From Sphagnum compactum (lineage: Eukaryota), in NCBI GenBank assembly GCA_965153455.1, contig OZ234494.1, forward strand, positions 10,354,001 through 10,418,000: DNA of 64,000 nt, given 5' to 3'. Shown piece by piece: positions 26,715 through 43,699 of this stretch; position 1 is the first letter of the stretch; each line of letters starts with the position of its first letter. A program made the position numbers and the translations under genes. The notes under the pieces were generated by a model. That model was not told the DNA's origin. It searched no databases and worked only from the letters and a program-made list of their open reading frames with translations.

Positions 26715-28879
26715 AATACACATGCAATTTAACTTGTAATCAGATATATGTAATTTTTGTCATGTCCTTTTACAATGTAAAATTGTAGTTGGATGCAGAG
26801 ATTTTGGATGGTCTCCAAGGAAACCAAGGTTCAAACCTTGATACCAACAATTATATTTTGGTTGCATGTTGATTGTACATTGACCATATGTTGACCATAT
26901 GATCATTATATATATAAGTTGACCTTTAATAATTCAAGGAGCTTCCAAAAATCCCAATAAGAAGTAGTGAGCACCAACAATGTTTATAGTTGAACTAATT
27001 CTACCAAATTTAACATCTTTCCCCCTACAAAGAGTTGCATTGAACCAAAACAATTGTAGATGGAAAATTTTATTGTCTAGAAAGTTGGAAATGGAATTGA
27101 TGCAATGTGTAGCAATGTGAAGAAAATGTATATTGGGACAAGTGATGAATTAGTGAAGACATTTATATGAGCGTTTTCTTTACATGTTAAAAGATCTAGT
27201 GATGTGGCATACTAGTCCGTGATAAAGGTAGCCCAAAATTATGTTCAATTCCACATTCCAAAATTGATGATCTTTGTTATTTACAATTGTTAATTATAAA
27301 TTTGCAGTTATTTTCAAACTATGAATCAAAGAATGTGAAACCAAAACAAGAAGTAATGTTCTTTTCCACTACCAAAATCTAGTAAAATAATAAGGAAAAC
27401 AAGCATTTTCACTTTTGTTTTACCTGGTTGGTTTAGTGCAAAAAGAGTAATTGATTAAGACATTTTTAATGTTTGGTCATTTTGGACATTTACATGTTGC
27501 ACTAAAGGATTTCATAATTTTATTTTTGAGGTTCAAAGATTTTATTTTATTTTTTGAACAAATTTGGTCCCAATTTTTCAAAAAAGAATTCCTTAAAAAT
27601 TATGTGGCATTCGGCAATCATAGCCATGTGTTGTTCATTGCCATAACCATGTGTCATTCGATTTTTTTAAAATCCTATTTATATTTATGTTACACTTACA
27701 TAATTTTACAGACATGTATACCAAAGCATTGCCTTGAGTTTGAACCCATAATCTCATTAAAAAAATGTCAACACCTTGACCATAAAGTTGCACAAGTTCT
27801 TGTGATTGTAATAAGGCAAACTTTAACTAACATGTTCAATGAGAAACTTGTTGGAAATCCCCATTTTGACATGCATCTTTTTTATCAAAATTTATTCAAA
27901 TGGAACAAATAGATGCATGATCTTGAAGTTTATTCAAAAATCCATTCATAAAAATAATTAAAAATTAAAAAATTTGTGCTCCGCATTGTTGTGCACTACT
28001 AGTGATGTTCAACCTTTTTTTCCTTATCAGGTTCCCAATTGGTTTTCAGTATTTCTTTATTATTTATATTAATTTCAAATCTTATTTAAATTTTATTAAA
28101 CATTATATCCATGGTGGGTAAAGTAAAAGAGAGGGAGGTAGTTATTAAAAAAAAAGTGAGGTAATGATTAGTAAAGGAATGAGGTAGTTAAGCTTGAAAA
28201 TGAAATAAGACTTTTTTTCATATGCCTACCTATGGGTAGGGGAAAGGAGTAAGGTAATTATTAAGAAATGAGGTGGTTAAGTTGGGAAATGATGAAGTAG
28301 TTATGATTTGTCTTTAGAATTGTCCTTAAATTTGTCCAAGGACGACCATAGGATAAATTCTATGAGCCTACAAAAGATTATGCAAAATCACCCATATACC
28401 ATCTCTTCAAAATTTCATCATTAGAATTAGATTAAGGTGTCCAAAAATGATATTGAAAATATTATATTCTAAACAATTTGTTTTTACTATTTCTATAATT
28501 TTTCTTTGAATTAACATACAATCTTTTAAACATCATTCAATTCAATGTGAATTCAAGACCTTCATTAAAACTTTGGCAAGGTTATTTTGGTTATATACCA
28601 TATATATATATTTAGATGAATAGAAAAAAAAACATAATTAAGAACTCCAGCCCTGCCCAAAAACTATGACAACAAGAAAACTTTACTTAAAATTTTGAAA
28701 TTATTAAACTTACTACGCGATTTGTAGAAAAATTACAAAAAAAATTGGCGATTTAAAAATTATAATCATCCATTTCCATAATGGGAATATTTAAAAATAA
28801 ACATAACACATGTTTTTTTGGTTTACTTTGGAATCTTGCTCAAATATTACACTCATGATCATAAAACTAAAATTTATAA

Positions 28880-29570
28880 ATTAATTTAACTATTAAAATA
28901 AATTCCACAAAAAATATTTATTATAAATTTTATATTTATTAATATCATTAATTCTAGTTCACAAGTAAAAATATTTTAAATATTACAATACATTTCTTTC
29001 CATTGTGTATGTTTCAAAAATAAAAATAAAAATTTACTCCTTTATCTTTTTATAATGTGTAAATCACAGTATAAATAATGAAAGGAGGAGCTAATGCAAG
29101 TTGCATCATAAAAATTATATACATATACATGAATGATATTTAATTATAGTGTTTTTGAGTTGACATTACATAACCCTTAATTAATCTTGAGCTTTTTCAA
29201 TGGCGATGGGATTGTAATAATTATGGAATGGTATAATTCAAAATAATATTATATTTCACAATTATAGTATTTAAATTTGGAATTTAATTTAACTATTAAA
29301 AAAAGCCATACATTTAAAAAAATTTGTATAACATTTATATTTACAAAAATAATTACAACTATTACTCATGTAAAATGATTTAAAGTATTGTAATACATTA
29401 TCTACCATTGTAGATGTTAAAAAAATATATATTTAATTTCATTTTAATCATTATATGTATACATACTGAAAATAAGAGCTAATGCAAGTGGCATCAGAAT
29501 ATTTGAATTTTTTTCTTTAAAGTATGAATTATATGTAATTATAAGTTTTTTGAATTTACACTATATAACA
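28880..29570. repeat. Degenerate ~405-bp AT-rich tandem duplication
   Basis: taatttaactattaaaa at ~28882 and ~29285; gagctaatgcaagt.gcatca at ~29088 and ~29476. Confidence 0.7.
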
Positions 29571-31559
29571 ACATCTTTTTATGAAATTTATTATGTAACT
29601 TGAATGGTGATCATCCATTGGAAGATGTAGAAAAAAATGGCAACCACAAGTGTAAATATCTAAACAAATCTAGCTTGGCTTAAATTTGAGGATATTCAAC
29701 ATTCCTCCCTATAGTATACTTTGTAAAGGGTGATGGATATTACATTAAAATGACTGAAATTCTTGAAACTACCAAATGGGAATCTTGAAATTACCAAGTT
29801 ATGATTTTTTTTATTGTAAACTCGTAATTTCCTAATATGAATTTGAAATCAACAAGTTTCAATGACATACTTATAAAATTTGACATCAAAATAAACTTTT
29901 TAATCAAAATTTACTTAATCTTTCAAAATGTTGAATAAGTGATTAGGAGTTGTCAATTTGATAATTTAGTTTCTAACAACTTAAGCCATGATTTATATAT
30001 TATATAATTTGCAATGCAACCCCACTAGAGTATTTCACTCTTCAAATATTTTAAAATGATTTATATAAGGCCTGATTTGGATAAGGTTTGATTTCCAAAC
30101 CTTATTCTAGTTTTGTAAGACATTTAGGATTTCAAAAGTTTTGGGAATATATGCTTCCTAAATTTCACATTTTTTTCACTTCATGTAAGAATGTGTTCAT
30201 TGTTTCATAATCACATTAAACTCCAACCAATTGTTCAATTCAATTCCATTTAAAAACATTTAACTTCTTTCATATCAAAGAAAACATTAGGAGTTAATCA
30301 CGCACCCATGTTAAGGCCATGATTAAAAATAATAATTTAAAACCCATAACATCAAAGTTTATACTATTAGTTTTACAATTATGCAAGTTATTTGAAGTAA
30401 AATTGTTTTGTATTAGAACCCATAACATTAAAAAAAAGAAGGAATATGCATTTAGTTATTTTTCTTGTTGATTAAAACTTTTGATTGTAATGTTACCTCA
30501 AAAAAAGGTATTATGATTATTTTTTTGTAATTACATGTTAATTGAGTTAAAACCTTTCATATTACAACCCCTAATTCTCAATAACCAAGGCAATATTCTA
30601 ATTTAAAATTATTAATTTACTAATTAATCTTCAATTGAGTTTAAAAACATTATGTTGTGCATTGTGACACATCACATTTTAAAAATTACACTTATTAATC
30701 AACTCAATAATCAAAGATTTGATTGCATGACCTAAAAAAAAGAAAAACATTTATTTGAAATTGTTAATTTCATTTTCATTAAAGGGCTTTATAACCTTTC
30801 ACCTTCTTATTCAGACAATTATTTCTATTACTATACCATGGGTTTTTAATTTAAAAATGCAATGAAATTATATATAATGTGCATCATATTAAATTAAATT
30901 ATATGTACATACTGTAAATGCAAAAATGATAATTATTTACATATCATTGCATTTCAACCTTTCAAGGTTTAATCATCAACCCATAACCATTTAACAAGCC
31001 AAAAATCTTTTTAGGGCCTATGAATGTGATCATAGGCTCCAAGTGGCATGCTATCAATTTGGGGGTGGGTTTGATGAAAATAACACACATAGCAACCGAT
31101 GTTTGGTGCCTCTTTACTTTTATGGAAAACTTGTAGTTTTAAAATCAATTCCAATCATGATTCAAAAAATCAAACATGTTTCTTGTTTGGTTCCTCCTAT
31201 CCAAAAATAAAACTGGTAGTTAATTACGAATTAACCTTTGAATAACCCTAGTTTTAGTCTTACATTTTTTTTTCAAAAACATGTATGTTGATTTTGGTTC
31301 CACACTAATTCTTAAAGAAACACTCCATTTTTTTATTTTGGTTGAAAAAACAAATCTAGTTCTTGTCTGATTTTGTTTAATTAGAATTGTAGATTTCGAA
31401 CGTATGGTATTTACCTAGCAACGCAGGTGATCACCCGAGATCAGTAGCAACCTCATATGGAGGTCTACTCAAATCCATCAAGGAACCAATGAGGTGAAGG
31501 ATACTATCACCAAGGTTATAGTTAACACTTAAGAGAGAGGGGCAAATAGCCAACACTTA

Positions 31560-31778
31560 AGGTGCATTCACCCTTGGTGTTAGGGTCTCTAGTGTTGAGT
31601 ACCCTAATATCATGATGATGCTAGTCATTTAGGACTTAAACCTAGTTATCATGAAAATTTTATGTTAAGCTAACATTCACTTAATATTAAGCTATCACCT
31701 ATTTAACATTGCATGCCACCTAGGATGTCACCTAGATTTTCATTTAACACTGACTTAACATCAAGTGTGGATGCACCA
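31560..31778. mobile_element. Tourist/PIF-Harbinger-like MITE
   Basis: TIR ggtgcattcacccttggtgtta versus reverse complement ggtgcatccacacttgatgtta; TTA on both flanks. Confidence 0.75.
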
Positions 31779-32182
31779 TTATTGTAACAAATCTTTAATA
31801 AATGTTATTTTTTAATTGATGCATCAATGATAACATTTAAGTTTTCATGGTGTAACCAATTGTTTTCTAAGTTGACCTATAAATGGTGTGAGATGCGTTT
31901 AGAGGCAGTGTAAGAAGCATTTAGGGGTAGTATTTACACGGTTGTTTAGGTGAATTGGCATAATGTGGATTGAAGCGAAGTCAAGTTGTTTATATTTCTA
32001 ATAGGTATATAAGGGCATCTACATGAATTTCAACCAAAATTTAACACAATTGCAACCAAATTATCACATATTAAGTCAAATGTTTTATCTTGTGTAGGAG
32101 AGTTGAATTCGCAAATTTAACAAGCTTTATGACCCTTATTCAATTCATCCTTTTAAGTCAAGAAATGACCACACCACTAATA

Positions 32183-32653
32183 TTAGTGTGGCTTGTGCCG
32201 TTGGCCCAAGTGTGAACACATTGAGAGCTCAACTGATTTTTCCTTCCAAACTCAATTTTTGTAATTTCTTTGAATTTCCAGCAATAAAATCCACTCATTA
32301 ACAAATATCTTCCACACCTTAGCTCTGAAAATGGTGAAATAAGCTCTACTAAATCTGAATTGCCAAGGTCTTTCCACCAACACCAAGAATGCCCCCAAAT
32401 TCCAGTACGGTTTTCTGTTTCGATTTTATTCAATTTTCATTGAGAAAACGGTTCAATAATCAATAGCTTCCACACCGTAGCTCCAAACAGTCTCAAATCA
32501 AGTCAATGCTGAGACCAAGTCGATGCACCCTTACTCATCGAGAGCTTTCCGAAGATACCAAGAGCGTGGCATGAAGCACCTTGGTTTGGGAGACCTCAAC
32601 ATGACAAACAAAACAAAACAAAACAAAACAAACTACCTTGCTTCATAGACAGA
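32183..32653 (-). mobile_element. Non-autonomous Helitron-like element, copy 2
   Basis: Minus strand reads A|TCTGTCTATGAAG..cacacttgggccaacggcacaagccacaCTAA|T; homologous to 3188-3610. Confidence 0.7.
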
Positions 32654-33139
32654 TGACAAATAAATCCACATGAGCATATAAGGATCAAATCTTGGAGAGT
32701 GTAGAGCAATTCACTTTGCCCACGTTTCATACCGCAAAGGGAAAATGACTACCTCCTATCCCGAGGGGAAAAAAAGATAGAAAAAGAACCAAACCAAACC
32801 AAAAAAGAAAGAAAACAAGAGAATTGCCTTAAAAATACAAATAGCCACTTCATGTTATCTAGTTGGCAGTTTATATCAACTCCCAGGAGTCCCCTTTCAA
32901 TCCCTATAGTTCTTATCATGTGAGTGTACAATTCCACAAACCATAATAGCTTGGAAATAGTTACTATGTGAGTTGCTCCTGTACCAATCTAACAAGGATA
33001 TCATGGTTGAATTTAATCTCTCTTGAATCTAAATCTGAATTGCCATGCAACAACACCACAACAATAACACAATGCAGAAAAAGACAAAGCGAACACAAAG
33101 TAGCTGAAACAACAAATAAAAGTGCACAATTTTTCACTC

Positions 33140-36100
33140 TCAAAAAACCTTCCTCTTTTTTGATGCTTCAAGATGAGGTCTGTCAATATGAAAGATCAGA
33201 TCTGATGTTTTCTGGCTCTTGTGGTTACACTGGTTCCCTCTCTTGCTCACTTGGGTCCACTCACTAGTCTCACTACCCATGGATTTTATAAACCCATCTT
33301 CAGACCTCAGATTTGAATCCTTCATGGTTTTGATCTTAACTGAGTTCTTTTGGTCTCCAGTTTTGTTCTCCTGTTTTACATGACCTGCTTTTTTAGGTGT
33401 TTCTTGACGTAGGTTTTGTACTAGACTTTGATCTGATTTTCTATCCAATTCTGGAACTGAATGATCTTGCGTAGTAGCTAGAAAATCATTTTCTAGAAAG
33501 TTGGTCAAATCAACTGATGCACCATTGGTGGTGCTAACAGAAAGTGGGTCCCAAACAGATGGTACATCAAATAGGTCCTTCTCTGACACACGATTCCCAT
33601 TCATGGGAAGATGCTCAATAAGTATAGCTGCTTTATATGTTTTCTTTCATGCAACTCCATGAAGCACCACCAACCTGAACTTAGGTGACAACTATTTAAG
33701 TCACTAAAATCATCCAATGATTTCGCTGGAAAAGGAGAATAGCAGCCACAAACGCCACATTGTAGTAGAAAAGAGAGCAACAAGCTGGATTCTAAGAGAT
33801 GTCTGATGTAAAGACTGAGAAGGAAACCAGGTTTATGGATTATCTTTGTGGGTTTAAAGAAGAGTATTTTGTAATTTTGGTTTCAGCAATTGAGAATGAG
33901 AATTTTTGGGTGGGTTAAGTAAGCTGATGGGGACTTGTAATGATTAGAAAGAAGGATTTGGGAAATTCATGGTTCACAGACAGAGATGGAAAGAGAGAAA
34001 CTTACTCAGAGTTCTTTGAAACAGCTGTTTTTGCAAGAAACAGCTGAAACAAGGTACCCATGTTGATGACATCATTGGCCTCAAAGCTCCATAGCCTCAT
34101 GCGCACTGCTACTAGGAACTACACCACAACCCCATGTCATTGTTTGTAATGTCTGCCACCAAGTAACCCCACCTTAAACTCCAGACTCAACTCTCAAAAG
34201 TTGACGCTACACCCCTCACAAACTTTTGAGAATCTCCATGCAGTTTTTTTACTTGTAATGCTGGATATGCATCATGAGAGAAGAAAGATTGATACAAATG
34301 GAGGATAACCAACCTGAGTTTGCCCAAAAAGTTCCCTTCATGCCCTGGGGTTAAAGAGTGCACAGCCATATGAAACCTCGAAAAAGACACCCCTCTCACA
34401 ATAGAATGCATCTGAATTCATCAAAATGGCTGGCCACTCATGTGATACCTAACTCATAGTGTGAGTGTCAATGACCAAATATGTGTAGTTCAAAAGAGTG
34501 TGTTTGCTGTGACTTGAAATCTAATCTATAAGCACACCAAGCAGATGGCATGTAAACAGCAATCAGAATGAAATCACAAGATCTGAGCTGAATACTGTGG
34601 TTGTGTAGGAGTTGTCTTTCTTTAGAGGACTAAAACCTCAGTTGATACCTGTTAGACTATGAGGACATAAATCTGCTAAACCTCTTTACAGACTACACTA
34701 TTCTCTCATCTCTTCTGAACATGCACAACAAGAAGGAGGACCTTTGGAATCGGCCTCAAGAAGCTGATTCCTAGTTATGCAACAGGCACTCTTAAGGGAA
34801 GGAAGCATTCACCACACTAATCAAACAAATTCTTGCAAAACAGGGAGATAAAAGCCCCCTTACCTTAAGAGCACTCTTGACCATTGGTGCATTCATGCGA
34901 AATGGAAGCTATTGATCAAAATCCACAGATATCAAGTCCAGCTGAAACCTACTTTCCACAGTGGTGCTTACTCTTTGTGCATTCCCACACTGATATCTAG
35001 CCTAACAACACTACCATTACCACGCTACAGGCAATTGTACATGCATTAGAAAAATTATTGCACAGGCAGCAAGTGTATTGGACCTCAGAGCATTCTTCTC
35101 AAGCAGAAATGGAATGCTTTGTTCTGTGAAGAATTCTTTTCTGCTTGAGTAGAGCAGTTGCTTCACAGAACAAGAAGCATTCCACTCAAATGAAATGCAA
35201 AGCCAGATTTAGCCTCCCAGGGTTCATACAATTGCCAATGTGGTCTTTCAGGTGGGTTTTGTGAAGCACACACAGAGGGATCAATGATCCTCCCACATCT
35301 ATAGAACAGCAAGAGAAACATCACTGTGGTCTTGCAGTTATGTGAAGCACATGCAAGGATGGCTGTGCAGGGATTTAGGAATCAATGCCCAGCACATGCA
35401 GGGATCTAAGCATCCTGCATCTGTAGAAGAGCAAGAGAAGAATCAATGCAGTCTTGCAGTTATGTGAAGCACATTCACAGATTGAGGAATCTGACATCTA
35501 TCAAACAGTAAGAAAAAAAACATCAAATGCAGTCCTGCAGTCTTGCAGCTTATGCAAAACACATGCAGGGATCAAGGACCTTGATGACATCTACAGAAGA
35601 ACAGCAAGAGAGAATGTACACGGTTTGTGCATTTCTCCATCTCACCATCAAACAGTCTGAGAATTTGCAGATTTGAAAATTGCTGCAAAACCTTGGGCTG
35701 AGGATTCTGAGAAAGAATTCAAGGTGTGTGTGTGATCATCTCTTTTGTCTCCTTACCTCAAGATGTGTGGAGGCTTGATTGAAAGCTTTCTGGTTCTTGG
35801 GTCTCACTGCAACAATGTCGTAGGAGTGAAGAATTTGATTTGCAGCATTGAGTGCAGCTGCCTGCACTATATCGTCAACTGCCACTGTGATTCGGCAGAA
35901 TTGTCTGAAAGGCTGAGCTGCTGGAACCTTGAGCAGGCTCCTGAGGAATTTTGCAGCCTCTGCTACTCCAAGTGCAGCAGCAATCACAGATGAAAGCTCT
36001 AGCGGTTTGATTCTCGATCGATCAGAGTCGGCCATGATTCCTGTGAGCATGTGATTCAATGCAACGCCTGTGCAGTCCAGCTCTAATGCCACCGCCGCCA

Positions 36101-36154
36101 CTTCCTGCTTCTGTTCCACATGTCGCATTATTGAAGAGCAGTAGCAGCAGCCAT
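33140..36154 (-). pseudogene. RPP30: RNase P/MRP subunit p30 (RPP30/GAF1-like) pseudogene, 5 exons
   Basis: Exons ~36154-35757 (LELDCTGVALNH..PFRQFCRITV..YDIVAVRPKNQKAF), 34941-34864 (LDLISVDFDQ*LPFRMNAPMVKSALK), ~34396-34314 (RGV/FEVSY, frameshift and stop), 34152-34006 (EL*G/NDVINM..AVSKNS), 33674-33140 (VA*KKTYKAAILIE..WDPLS). Multiple stops and frameshifts. Confidence 0.88.
35240..35612. repeat. About four degenerate ~85-bp tandem units in the first intron of the RPP30 pseudogene
   Basis: gtcttgcagttatgtgaagcaca..catct.tagaa.agcaagaga recurs. Confidence 0.8.
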
Positions 36155-37071
36155 GTGTGGCGACGACAGGATGGTAGTGGAAGGGCGGCTTCTGTTGCGC
36201 TCCTCTCAACTGCCACAGCTTCCAATTGCCCTTGCTTCTTCTCTCCAGGAGACAAGAGGCATCTCTTCTTCTTCTTCTTCGCTCAGGTTTCTTTCGTAAC
36301 TAATACTCCATCATGTCCTACTACTCTCTGCCCCCTTGGTTGTGTTTCTCCTGTTGAGTACACGCTGTTGATAACCCCCCCCTCTCCTTCAAACTCAGCG
36401 TGAGATCTCAATCTTTGTTTGTTGTTGTTGTTGTTTAGATGGTTGTAAGGAAGAGAAGGGAAGCAGCTGCAGGAAAAGCTACAAAACGAAACAAATTCAG
36501 CAATCAAGGAGCTTCAAAGCCAGCCATCAAGGACACAGCTTTTTCTTCCACGGTGCCAGACACAGAGGAGCTCAAGATGGACGCAAAGAGGAGCTCCAGC
36601 TTTGGGCTGGTTGAGAAACTCAGCCGTGCCATTATTACTACAAGCTTTCAGCTTCACAAGAACCCATCTCTCAAAGAGACCCAATTCTGTAAGCTCTAAT
36701 CACAAAGAGGAGAGAGAGCTTGATCTCAGAAGTCTGTACACATATAGGCTCGGTTTCCTGCTTGCAGACAGAATGGGTGATCCCCATTCAGGTGTGCAAC
36801 TGTGTCCAGACTGTGCAAGCAAACACAAGCCCCAGTGAGCCACATGTGGCAAATCTGGCATGGGTGCCAAATCTTTGAGTGAATGGATAATCAAAAGTTC
36901 TTTGTTCTTGTGAAGTTGGAAACCTTCTCCTCTTTTGCTGTACTCCCTTTGGTTTTCTCAACTCTTTATACAGAGAGAAACCTTTGAGTGTGGTGGGGTT
37001 TTTGGGTATTCTGCCAAGAGCTCTACCTTGTCTTTCCTCATAGTTTTGAGGGGATTTTTCTGGAATTGTAT

Positions 37072-38138
37072 ATGACTGAGAGCACCAGCTTTCTTTCAAT
37101 GTAGTCAGATGTGGTCAAGTTTGAGTTTTGAGGCATCATTTGCTGATCCAAATCTCTTTCTTGCCCGAAGCCAAGAAAAGTGGGTCTTAGGGCAGCAGCA
37201 AGTTTGCAGAAGAACGGAGGCACCATAGCTGCTCTGTTGGACACCAGAAGTGACAAGGAGTGGGACAATCTATGGGTCTGACATATTGTACTTTATGGGG
37301 TCACCCAGGCTTGTGCAATGGTACCTGGGTCATATTGCCAAAGCCAAGAGATTGCTGAAGGAACAGCTCAAATTGATGGATGTTGTAATCAAAGTCCAGG
37401 ATGCCTTGATCCCCATGGCAATAACTCATCCAGAGATTGACACCTGGATTGGCGACATGATGAGAATCTTGGTCGTAAATTGGGATCTCAAGCTCTGATA
37501 AGAATGCTTGAGCACAATACTATACAAAGCAAGGTATCCACCCTGTCTTTACTGATGGACAAAGAGGGGATGAGAGCATGAAGCTGGCAAGGATGGCAAA
37601 ATCTGTAGCTGTTGATATCAATGTGAAGAGAAAAGAAAAAGGCCTTCTCCCTTGCAATGTGAGGGCTGCTGTAGTTTGGTACCCTAGTGTGAGAAAATCA
37701 TCAATCATAAACCGCCTAGCGAAAGATGTGTGAAACAGTTCCGTGGTCAGGAGTTACGAAAAGCTTGAAATGGGCCAGAGTCTCTGATGGATTAGACCTT
37801 CTAGATGCACTGGGTGTGTTGTTGATGCAGATTCTGGATCAAGCCACGGCAACAAGATTAGCAATCTGCAATGATATTGGTGAGAATTTGTGTGCAGTGG
37901 CAGGAGTTGCAGCAGTTTTAGTCAAGATGATCAAGAGGATGCTGACTGCAGGGCTAGGGTCCTTGAGACAAGGTACAAGCTGAGTGTGGGGGACATGACA
38001 GGTGAGGCTTTCTTGGATGAACTTGCACAGCAGTTGTTCCAGGGGGATATGAATCAGCCAGTGTATTGGGTACTGCAGGATTATTGAGTAGTCAAGTTTA
38101 GGTGGATTGCTCTCGAAAGGCCTCCTTCTTCGATCTGA
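37072..38138 (+). pseudogene. Chloroplast RbgA/YlqF circularly permuted GTPase (DAR GTPase 3-like) pseudogene, no introns seen in the coding part
   Basis: VQWYLGHIAKAKRLLKEQLKLMDVVIKVQDALIP, KRKEKGLLP..VRAAVVWYPSVRKSSIINRL (decayed G1 motif GYPNVGKSS), GVTKSLKW, LDLLDALG (decayed G3 DxPG), RLAICNDIGE, WIALERPP. Split by frameshifts and stops. Confidence 0.9.
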
Positions 38139-38535
38139 TTAGAAAAATCCACAGGTAATGAATCTAGACTTTTTGGTCTCTGTTGTATTATGGCTCAATT
38201 CTTGAATTCAAACCCCATATTTCAAAATGGATTCACTGCACAGAGTTGGCCATCCTTGATTCACATTGCAAGTGGAAATGGTAGAAGCAAACTAGAACCA
38301 GCAGATGACCACCTGTCCCATCTACGAAAAAATGTAGGGTAAGGGTAACCCTGAGTGGGGGCATTCTCAGAATAAGGGACCAAGGATGAGGCAGATGAGG
38401 CAGTTGCCTTGTTCTAGGCCCCACACCTGGCCTTCACCTGTTGTAAAGCACAAGGCAAAGGATATCATGAACCTTAACATATGTAGCTTACCAGGCGTAG
38501 GAGGGGGAGGGTTCATTGCACTTCAAAGTGATTTG

Positions 38536-41895
<3,360 letters not shown>

Positions 41896-42939
41896 CGTCG
41901 TCGTCGTCCTCGTCTTACCAAAATTCTTCACAACCAAATTTACTCTTCAACAACAACGCGTCGTCAACTCTCGCTGCATCTGTGTCGTCAAATACGGATT
42001 GGATCCCACTGCGACCAAGTCTGGAAACTGCAAGAAGTTGCCATAATCGGCAAAGCAAAACTGAAACTGACTCACTGGATCCAACACCCAATAATGATCC
42101 AACAACAACAGCAAAAACCTCTCCAAACAAAAAATCCTTCTTTCTAACCAAAAGGATGAAGCTTGAGGCTGACTGGTGGCACTTACCGTCGACGACGACG
42201 ACGACAGATTGACTAAAATACACCAACAATTTTCGTAAAATCTCTCCAGCAAACCTCACGATGGGCTTTTGCACTTTGCTCTAGAGAAAAAACCCCAAGA
42301 AACCCAAGATACATTTATAGCTTGGATTTTCAAAACAGAAACTCCTTCCATTATAATCTTATTTTCCATACAATTGACCTTTAAAAAAATTATTCATCAT
42401 TTGTGTCCAAATTTTAATGAGTTTAAAAAATTCAATTGTCCAGGAATTGAATCACATGCAGACCTTAGACATAATACATTACTCCATAACATTGACAAAA
42501 TCTTGTTTATTATTTTACATAATCATTACTTGTCGAAAATTTCAAATTTAAATAATTATTCAGCATTTTTTTTTTTGCCAAAAAAATGGTAAAAGTAATA
42601 CAGTAATCCTAACTCTAAACTATCCGATATTTCATGATTAAAGGTGGCAAGGGTGAATAACAAAGAATTTGCACACTATTTTGAATGTGATAGAGGTAAA
42701 ATCAGCCAATGGTCCTCTTTGCAGTACTTCATGTTTCTTTTTTTCCATTGTCTGCCTTTGACTAGATGGATGCTGCCCAGACACATTTTGGCTCCATGTT
42801 GTGCATGTTAACCTAAAATGCATGCAAGCCCGAAATGTGTCTTCTCACTACCAAATATATCTGACATCATCAGCTTGGTGATTGGTGTCATGGTGAATGC
42901 AAAATTAGGGATGAAACAACAATTAAACTGGGTCATGCC

Positions 42940-43620
42940 ATTGAACGACAATGACCCCAAAGTATACCAAGAACATACATTTCTCCAGGTCAAGGCCAAT
43001 ATCATTTTTTTTTGCACTTGTCAAAACACAACCAAAGTTTATCGAGATATGTTTTGAGATCACTAAACACGTTGAACTTGTCAAGGAACAACTTCATAAA
43101 GATCCCAAGATAATTTCAAAAAGTCATACTCATTACTCATTGGTATGTTGGTGGAGCATTCTTTAGTCCAAGCGGCAGTCCAAGCGGCATGACAATCCAC
43201 ACAAAGGCTCCCCCATTTACATGTTTTCCTAGGCTATCATAATTTGGTGATAACCAGAAAATTCCAACCAAGAAGGAATAGACTTTGTGAGTTGCCACCA
43301 TATCCAATAAGGGAAAGCCAAATGGCTTCTTCCACAAGGGCTATGAATCTAGCAACAAGAAACTTTTCCAAATCTTAATCTACAATGACTTCCTAATTAG
43401 GATTCATTCAATACTTGACCCGATGGGTTAGTGGAATTGTGGTATCCAACTCAATTTGGTGTTGGACAATGTGAAGTGGTATCCCTTCAAGTCCTTGTAC
43501 ATCCAAACAAAGGCATCCTTGCATTCCCTTAGTGTCTATTGTTGAAAGAATATCCTTGGGGGCCTGAAATATGTTCTCATTAAGTTTGCCCAGGTAGATT
43601 TGTGAAAATGCATTACATGG
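42940..43620 (-). mobile_element. Ty3/Gypsy reverse transcriptase relic
   Basis: MYKDLKGIPLHIVQHQIELDT, LDMVATHKVYSFL, VMPLG..LKNAPPTYQ, FMKLFLDKFNVFS (decayed YxDD), LEKCMFLV; many stops. Confidence 0.85.
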
Positions 43621-43699
43621 CCTAAAAAATCAAGGAAACAAATATAGGAATTGATGAAAGCTTACATTGTTGCAAGCCTCATCCCAAGAAATTGAACAC

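Noticed and set aside
36439..36699. 86-aa ORF MVVRKRREAAAG..
   Set aside because: Lies in the shared leader region of two pseudogenes; no homology recognised.
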